Assembly: GCA_049970895.1 (NCBI GenBank)
Contig: JBMFMB010000028.1
Location: forward strand, 1-12,642
DNA length: 12,642 nt
Direction of reading: 5' to 3'
Source: Candidatus Bathyarchaeia archaeon
GTDB lineage: Archaea > Thermoproteota > Bathyarchaeia > Bathyarchaeales > Bathycorpusculaceae
The notes beneath the pieces are model-generated. The model was given only the letters and a program-made list of their open reading frames with translations. It ran no database searches and was not told where the DNA came from. Shown piece after piece: positions 7,136-12,642 of this stretch (position 1 is its first letter; each line of letters starts with the position of its first letter). Position numbers and translations under genes: made by a program.

Positions 7136-7666
7136 TCATTGTAAAGAAACCGATGGGGTTGACTTCTTTGCGGATTTCAGCCAACAGATCAGCGAATAAA
7201 TGGATAATATGGCCGCAACAACATGCACTGTTGCTGAAGATTGCCACATCTGGAAGGGATTTCCATAGACAAAGGGGTACAAAACCCAAAGCATATGAGT
7301 GTGGCAGAACATGTCAAGGAATACGTGGCTAAATCCTCCGAAAATGCTTATCAGATATATGTTCCGCAGTGGATATCTCACTCTGACAGGGTCAAATCTC
7401 GCCCACTTGTAAATGGTTCGCAACCTATTTTCAAAGAGACGTTCCATCAAGTAGACTGCAGCTGTCACCAGAACTGGGTATATGGTTAAGGCAAGCGTAA
7501 AACCATGCCAAATCCTATGGTCTAAAGGATCCCCAAGAATCACATAGTATAAGGGTTCCAAGTCTATAAAAGTGGTGGAAATCACTAACGCCAAAGGGTC
7601 TACACGTCGTTTATCCTTAAAATATAGGAAGAGAAAGGCTGTCGCGTGAAAGGGGGTTATTGGCAT
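7136..7666 (-). CDS. Membrane-bound putative metal-dependent hydrolase (DUF4184/YdjM-like)
   Basis: MPITPFH N-terminus, IDLEP, H-x3-H (HRIWH), SHVFLD and LYPF motifs with several TM segments. Confidence 0.7.
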   Translation of the reverse strand: MPITPFHATAFLFLYFKDKRRVDPLALVISTTFIDLEPLYYVILGDPLDHRIWHGFTLALTIYPVLVTAAVYLMERLFENRLRTIYKWARFDPVRVRYPLRNIYLISIFGGFSHVFLDMFCHTHMLWVLYPFVYGNPFQMWQSSATVHVVAAILSIYSLICWLKSAKKSTPSVSLQ

Positions 7667-7693
7667 TCAAATCTTTCTCCATATGGTCTTTGC

Positions 7694-8521
7694 TTAAACC
7701 GGTATCCTTCTCCCGTCGAAGTCGCGTTTCCAAACTCCAAACTCGCTTTTAACATTTTTTAGCTGGTTTATGTTGAAGATTGGGCCGTCTCTGCATACTC
7801 GATAACCGCCTATAACGCAGCTTCCACATATGCCTATGGCGCATCGCATAAGCCTTTCAAGGCTTGCCTCAGCATAAACGCCAAACTTTTCAGCAAAGTC
7901 TAAAACCGCCCTCGTCATAGGCTCCGGCCCACAAGTGTAGACGGCGTCAAACTTTTCCCCCCTCATAACTGATTCTGCTAGGCTGGAAGCTAAGCCCCTT
8001 AAGCCGTGGCTCCCGTCCTCTGTGACTGTCAAAACGTTTTCCTCTCCGCAAAGCTTTTTAAACTTGTCTAAGAAAATTAGCTCATCTCTTGTTTTAGCTC
8101 CCAAAACCACAACAGTTTTTGAAACGGCTTTAGCGATTAATTTCCTCGCCAAAAAAGTTAGTGGAGCTATGCCAACCCCACCACCCACCAGCAGAACTTT
8201 ACCCTTTTTAACTGTGAAGCTGTTTCCAAAGGGGCCACGAACCCCTATTTGGTCGCCAGCCTTCATGTTATGTAATGCGCTAGTTGCCTCGCCAACCCTC
8301 TTTACAGCCACCGAAACAGTGGCTGTTTCTCTATCTGCGTCTAAAATGCTCAGTGGAATCTCGTCCACTCCGGGAATCCAAAGCATTAAGAATTGGCCCG
8401 GCTCAGCCTTTGCGCATTGCTTATCTTTGAAGGAGAACACCTTCACTGTTGGGCTTATGGCTTCCACTTTTAGGATGCTGGTTGTTCTATGCCTATTAAC
8501 TGCGGTGAGCCAAGCCGACAA
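7694..8521 (-). CDS. pyrK: Dihydroorotate dehydrogenase electron transfer subunit
   Basis: PGQFLMLW, RGPFGN, GGGVGIAPL, TCGPEPM and the [2Fe-2S] motif CAIGICGSC...VCRDGPIF; directly downstream of and overlapping pyrD. Confidence 0.93.
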   Translation of the reverse strand: MSAWLTAVNRHRTTSILKVEAISPTVKVFSFKDKQCAKAEPGQFLMLWIPGVDEIPLSILDADRETATVSVAVKRVGEATSALHNMKAGDQIGVRGPFGNSFTVKKGKVLLVGGGVGIAPLTFLARKLIAKAVSKTVVVLGAKTRDELIFLDKFKKLCGEENVLTVTEDGSHGLRGLASSLAESVMRGEKFDAVYTCGPEPMTRAVLDFAEKFGVYAEASLERLMRCAIGICGSCVIGGYRVCRDGPIFNINQLKNVKSEFGVWKRDFDGRRIPV

Positions 8522-9431
8522 TTTCTTCCACGCTCCTAAAACCTTTCCTTTTCAGGTAGGCGTTTATCCCCCTAACCACGGATCTGAAAATGTTTGGTCC
8601 TTTTATGGCTATGGCTGTTCCAATTTGGACGGCTGAAGCACCAGCAAGCATAAATTCTATAGCGTCCCGCCAACTGGTTATTCCACCGCACCCAATTATA
8701 GGGATTTTCACCCTTTCATAGATGTCATAAACACATCGGACAGCAATGGGTTTTATGGCTGGTCCCGACAATCCGCCCCTTTTATTGCTTAGTATGGGTT
8801 TGGCTGTTTCAACGTCTATTGCCATCGCCTTAACAGTGTTTATGGCTGTTATTGCATTTGCCCCAGCCTTAACAGCGGATTCGGCGATTTCAGCAATGTC
8901 CGTAACATTTGGCGAAAGCTTAACAAAAACTGGCTTCTCCACGGTTCCCTTAATTTTTGACACAACTTCTGCCAAAATTTTGGGGTTCTGCCCAATCTCG
9001 GCGCCAGTCTCCTTAACGTGCGGGCATGAGACATTAAGTTCCACGGCGTCCGCCCCAGCTAAAACAGCCTTTTTGGCAACTGTGGCATACTCCTCGGCGG
9101 AAAAACCGTAAACACTTACTATTAGAGGAACCTTCAAAACGGCTTTGGCTTCCCTAATATCCTTTACAAATTCATCTATTCCCGGGTTTGGAAGCCCAAT
9201 GGCATTTATCAAACCGCAGCTGGCTTGGACAACTGTTGGATTTGCATAGCCGCTCCTAGGCTTTAAGCCAACAGATTTGGCGACAACGGCGCCAGCGCCA
9301 CCTTCAACAATGCTTTTTAAGGTTTCAGCGGAATATCCCAAAATTCCGGAAGCCAGCATAGTGGGATTTTCAAGGCTTAAACCAGCCAAATCAACCCTCA
9401 AACCTTCATTTTCCAACGAGCTTTCCACCAC
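8496..9431 (-). CDS. pyrD: Dihydroorotate dehydrogenase family 1B catalytic subunit
   Basis: NPTMLASG, NAIGLPNPG, ELNVSCPH (catalytic Cys), VKLSPNV, AINT, GGLSGPAIKP, IIGCGGI, VQIGTA; true start may be a few codons downstream. Confidence 0.96.
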   Translation of the reverse strand: MVESSLENEGLRVDLAGLSLENPTMLASGILGYSAETLKSIVEGGAGAVVAKSVGLKPRSGYANPTVVQASCGLINAIGLPNPGIDEFVKDIREAKAVLKVPLIVSVYGFSAEEYATVAKKAVLAGADAVELNVSCPHVKETGAEIGQNPKILAEVVSKIKGTVEKPVFVKLSPNVTDIAEIAESAVKAGANAITAINTVKAMAIDVETAKPILSNKRGGLSGPAIKPIAVRCVYDIYERVKIPIIGCGGITSWRDAIEFMLAGASAVQIGTAIAIKGPNIFRSVVRGINAYLKRKGFRSVEEIVGLAHRS

Positions 9432-9548
9432 AAGGGTTTTCTGTTATTGTTGTTGCTTTTGAAAGATAAACTTTCGTTTAATCCCACGCTTGCTTCTGAA
9501 AATTCTATAAACATCCTATAAGCCTTGTTTATAGTGGAGACGCGTTCG

Positions 9549-9882
9549 ATGTCGGTGGTTGAGGTCACAGTTAAAAGTCAAAGGGGAAGTGCGCCTTTGG
9601 GCACAAAGTTGGCGACAAAATAGTCTTTGACGGAAATCCGTTAAGGGAGATATATGCTATAGTGCATTAATGGTTCTGCTTCCAAAGGTTTATGTCATGC
9701 ATTACGGCGTGGAGTTTCCATGGGCAGAGAATAAAGACGCCATCTTTAACGCTTGCCCGGACCCTGAAAACCCAGTTGTCTTTGAGGTTCACCGCATCAG
9801 AAGGCAGCCTTCCCTTCAGAATCCTTTATCTACACAAGCCGCTAGAATAGTATTCTTGACTCTGAAAAGAGGGGTTGGATGA
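9549..9882 (+). pseudogene. TIGR04076-family small Cys protein, disrupted by two frameshifts and a probable lost stop
   Basis: Joining three frames gives MSVVEVTVKSQRG/KCAFGHKVGDKIVFDG/KSVKGDICYSALMVLLPKVY...ACPDPENPVVFEVHRIRR; single-base losses at 9583-9588 and 9632-9636; GGAG SD upstream of ATG 9549. Confidence 0.75.
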
Positions 9883-11099
9883 TGAAGGCGACAATAGTTC
9901 AGTCACTGTTTGGGGTTTTAGCCTTCGACGAAGGGAATAGGCTTTTGGCTCATTCTCTTTTCAGTAAAAAGCCTGATGAGGCTGCGAAGGCTATTGTTGA
10001 GATAGAGTCTGGGAAAGCCGTGAAGGAGGTTGCCGAACTCGTCACCTACTTGAAGGGTTTGGGCTACGTAGCTTTTGTTTTTGAGAATCCACTTCTGGCG
10101 GCGGATGTTAAGGAAAAGTTTGGCGTTGAAGTTGAGGTTTCAAGGACTTCAGAGGCAGGTGAGCTGCTCCGCTCCAATATGGAAGGATTCGCCATAGAAA
10201 CGGGCTTTGTTAAGGGTTATGAGGAGTTCCGCGTTTGGACACATAATGTAACAATGGAGATTGCCAAACTCCGCGTTAAGAGGGCTGTTGAGAAAAGGGA
10301 CCTGATAATTGCGCAGGCTATTCAGACGCTTGACGATTTGGATAAAACCATAAACCTTTTCATGAGCCGCGTTAGGGAGTGGTATGGCATCCACTTCCCA
10401 GAGCTTGATCGCCTATTGGAGAAGCATGAAACCTACGCCCGCCTCGTCGTGAACCTTGGAGTTAGGGAAAACTTCACAGCAGAAAAGCTCGAGAAGGAAG
10501 GTTTGCCAAAGTTGAAGGCTGAGCAGATAGCGAAATCCGCCCAAACCTCCATGGGCGCAGACCTTGCAGAAGTGGACCTAGCCCAAATCCAAGCCTTAAG
10601 CAGAACAGTGCTAAACCTTTACGAGCTTAGGCAAAGGCTGGAGGACTACATAGACTCAGCCATGGAAGAAGTTGCCCCGAACATAAAAGCCTTAAGTGGA
10701 GCACTTTTAGGCGCCCGCCTCATCGCCTTGGCTGGTGGACTAACAAATTTGGCTAAGATGCCCGCCAGCACACTGCAGGTTTTAGGCGCTGAGAAGGCTT
10801 TGTTCCGTTCGCTTAAGACTGGGACTAAGCCACCAAAGCATGGGATAATTTTCCAACACGCCTTTCTGCATGAGGCTAAAAAGTGGCAGAGGGGCAAAAT
10901 AGCCCGTGCTTTGGCTGGGAAGCTTGCCATAGCCGCAAGAACAGACGCTTTTGGCGGAAGGTACATAGGCGAGGAGTTGAGGGCTGACTTGGAAAAGCGG
11001 GTTGAGGAAATCCGCCAGAAATATGCTGAGCCTCTAAAAGTGCCGGAGAAAAAGCCTAAAGCCAAAGAGAAATGGAGAAAGGGTAGGTATGCACGTTAA
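9879..11099 (+). CDS. nop5: C/D box sRNP scaffold protein Nop5 (Nop56/58)
   Basis: REWYGIHFPEL, APNI-x2-L-x-GALLGARLI, PASTLQVLGAEKALF, PKHGIIFQH, RGKIARALAGK; basic C-terminal tail; upstream of fibrillarin. Confidence 0.96.
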   Translation: MMKATIVQSLFGVLAFDEGNRLLAHSLFSKKPDEAAKAIVEIESGKAVKEVAELVTYLKGLGYVAFVFENPLLAADVKEKFGVEVEVSRTSEAGELLRSNMEGFAIETGFVKGYEEFRVWTHNVTMEIAKLRVKRAVEKRDLIIAQAIQTLDDLDKTINLFMSRVREWYGIHFPELDRLLEKHETYARLVVNLGVRENFTAEKLEKEGLPKLKAEQIAKSAQTSMGADLAEVDLAQIQALSRTVLNLYELRQRLEDYIDSAMEEVAPNIKALSGALLGARLIALAGGLTNLAKMPASTLQVLGAEKALFRSLKTGTKPPKHGIIFQHAFLHEAKKWQRGKIARALAGKLAIAARTDAFGGRYIGEELRADLEKRVEEIRQKYAEPLKVPEKKPKAKEKWRKGRYAR

Positions 11100-11784
11100 A
11101 CCCCACCCCCAATTCCCACAAATATTCATAGCCACCCTTGAGGATGGAAGCCAAAAGCTTGCAACACGAAACCTTGCACCCGGAAGAACAGTCTATGGTG
11201 AGAAGCTTATACGTTTTGAAGGTGTTGAATACCGCCTATGGGACCCGTTTAGGAGCAAGCTGGCGGCAGCCATCCTCAAGGGAATAAAAACAGTCCCAAT
11301 AAAGCCAGACCACCAAGTACTCTATTTGGGCGCTGCTTCCGGCACCACTGCCAGCCACGTCTCAGACATTGTTGGCGAGAGGGGTTATGTTTACTGCGTT
11401 GAGTTTGCACCAAGAGCCATAAGAGAGCTCGTCAACAACGTCTGCGCCTACAGAGTTAACATGTTGCCCATCCTTGAGGACGCCCGCTTCCCAGAAAAAT
11501 ACGCTATCTTCATCCGAGGCAAGGTGGACGACATATACTGCGACATAGCCCAGCCTGAACAGGCAAAAATCCTAGCGGACAACGCCGACCTCTACCTGAA
11601 AAACGATGGATGGATAATGTTAGCCGTGAAGGCTCAAAGCATAGACGTCACAAAGGAGCCCTCAGAAGTTTACAAGCGGGAAATCCGAATCCTCGAAGAA
11701 AGAGGCTTCAATATAGAGGATGTTGTGCACTTGGAACCCTACGATAAAGCCCACGCCATGATAGTTGCAAGGTTTTCGGGTTGA
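11089..11784 (+). CDS. flpA: Fibrillarin-like rRNA/tRNA 2'-O-methyltransferase
   Basis: VYGEK, YRLWDPFRSKLAAAI, VLYLGAASGTTASHVSDIVG, DIAQPEQ, LEPYDKAH; overlaps nop5 by 11 bp. Confidence 0.97.
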   Translation: MHVKPHPQFPQIFIATLEDGSQKLATRNLAPGRTVYGEKLIRFEGVEYRLWDPFRSKLAAAILKGIKTVPIKPDHQVLYLGAASGTTASHVSDIVGERGYVYCVEFAPRAIRELVNNVCAYRVNMLPILEDARFPEKYAIFIRGKVDDIYCDIAQPEQAKILADNADLYLKNDGWIMLAVKAQSIDVTKEPSEVYKREIRILEERGFNIEDVVHLEPYDKAHAMIVARFSG

Positions 11785-11798
11785 AAGGCTTGTTTCAA

Positions 11799-12245
11799 CT
11801 ACGGGGCGATGAGCATTTTCTCCCAAACAACGCTCACGGAAGTGTCAAATTTACTCACTGAAATGTTAAGTTCCTCCAAAGCCTTTCTCAGGTTGTATAT
11901 GCATATCCCCACGTCGTCTTTGTCGCACAGTATGGTTGCAATTATATCATGGTGCCCATAAGTCCTCCATAGAAACTTGACCTGATGCTGAACTTTCAGA
12001 AAGGAAACAGCCTTGTCAATGTCCCTTGGATTCAAGTTCATGCCAATAACAACAGCTGAGAATCCAATCTTACTGAAGTCTGGAACAGCCATAATCCTCC
12101 TCTTTATAACCCCGTCCCCCTCAAGCTTAGCTATCCTCCGATAAATGGTGTTTCGGCTTGCCCCACAACGTCTTGCTAAATCATCATATGAGTATAAACC
12201 CTCACACATAAGCCTCAAAATCTTCACGTCAAGCTCGTCCAACAT
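11799..12245 (-). CDS. Lrp/AsnC family transcriptional regulator
   Basis: N-terminal HTH LDELDVKIL...LARRCGASRNTIYRRIAKLEGDGVIKR, linker PDFSKIG and RAM-like C-terminal domain (TYGHHDII); GGTGA SD. Confidence 0.88.
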   Translation of the reverse strand: MLDELDVKILRLMCEGLYSYDDLARRCGASRNTIYRRIAKLEGDGVIKRRIMAVPDFSKIGFSAVVIGMNLNPRDIDKAVSFLKVQHQVKFLWRTYGHHDIIATILCDKDDVGICIYNLRKALEELNISVSKFDTSVSVVWEKMLIAP

Positions 12246-12367
12246 TTATCACCATTTTGTGTGTATATACTTTCATCTTTTTCTATATACCAAGTTCAAT
12301 AAATATTTACCGCTGCGTGGTGACAAATGTTCACATAAAACATTCAGAAGTGGATATTTCTCACCAT
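12242..12367. repeat. Three copies of a 14-bp motif AYATTTNTCACCAY in the lrp divergent intergenic region
   Basis: ACATTTATCACCAT (12242-12255, +), ACATTTGTCACCAC (12330-12317, -), ATATTTCTCACCAT (12354-12367, +). Confidence 0.6.
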
Positions 12368-12407
12368 CAGTTAATGATAACTAAGGAGTTTGCTCTAAAT
12401 ATTCTCG

Positions 12408-12638
12408 GTGGTAGAGGTGGCACAGCAACTGGTAATTACTGAAAGGAAACCAACGCTAGAAGATGAAATAGTAGGGTTGAGGAGAATGCTGTGTGCTAAT
12501 GGGCATCCCCACAAAGTTTGTATAGCCAGGTATAGGGATGGTTCCATATGGGTTTTCTGTCCACACTTTGGGCATGTAGGGCCGGATCTTGGATGCAAGA
12601 TTAGGCAGGCTCGTTGCAGGTATTTTAAGGCTATTTAA
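12408..12638 (+). CDS. Small Cys/His-rich hypothetical protein (76 aa)
   Basis: Open frame divergent from lrp with 5 Cys and 4 His in the C-terminal 48 aa (CANGHPHKVC...CPHFGH...C...C); start codon uncertain. Confidence 0.55.
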   Translation: MVEVAQQLVITERKPTLEDEIVGLRRMLCANGHPHKVCIARYRDGSIWVFCPHFGHVGPDLGCKIRQARCRYFKAI

Positions 12639-12642
12639 ATGC

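Noticed and set aside
7241-11065. Antisense or nested ORFs in the hydrolase, pyrK, pyrD and nop5 genes
   Set aside because: Shadows of well-supported genes.
9432-11798. C/D box sRNA near nop5-flpA
   Set aside because: No intergenic RTGATGA...CTGA arrangement found by eye.
12145-12598. ORFs 12145-12384, 12257-12442 and 12395-12598
   Set aside because: Span the AT-rich promoter or lie antisense to better candidates. The CPKCG in 12395-12598 was noted but the rest is not protein-like; not fully excluded.
1-12642. CRISPR array, tRNA/rRNA, transposase or integrase
   Set aside because: No regularly spaced repeats, cloverleaf-like sequence or mobile-element motifs seen.

Overview
Archaeal chromosomal window. 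The Nop5/fibrillarin pair, archaeal-type IleRS and TATA-box promoters indicate an archaeon; a TACK lineage such as Bathyarchaeia is my unverified inference. The right two-thirds is mostly housekeeping: ileS, a membrane metal-dependent hydrolase-like gene, pyrK-pyrD, nop5-flpA and an Lrp/AsnC regulator, with two doubly frameshifted small genes and one gene remnant interspersed. The most interesting part is 1-2857, an apparent self-contained NikR regulon with no recognisable Nik/Cbi/NiCoT transporter. It holds two divergent, paralogous 3-TM membrane proteins sharing an LWG-x6-[ED]H motif, an unannotated soluble protein, a SAM methyltransferase co-oriented with nikR, and a small helical protein. 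Two matching 28-bp operator-like sites (GTAACAC-N14-GTAACAC at 737-764; GTGTTAC-N14-GTCACAC at 2487-2514) each sit on a TATA box. This is a candidate undescribed nickel uptake/homeostasis system. All family assignments are from motif recognition, not database searches.
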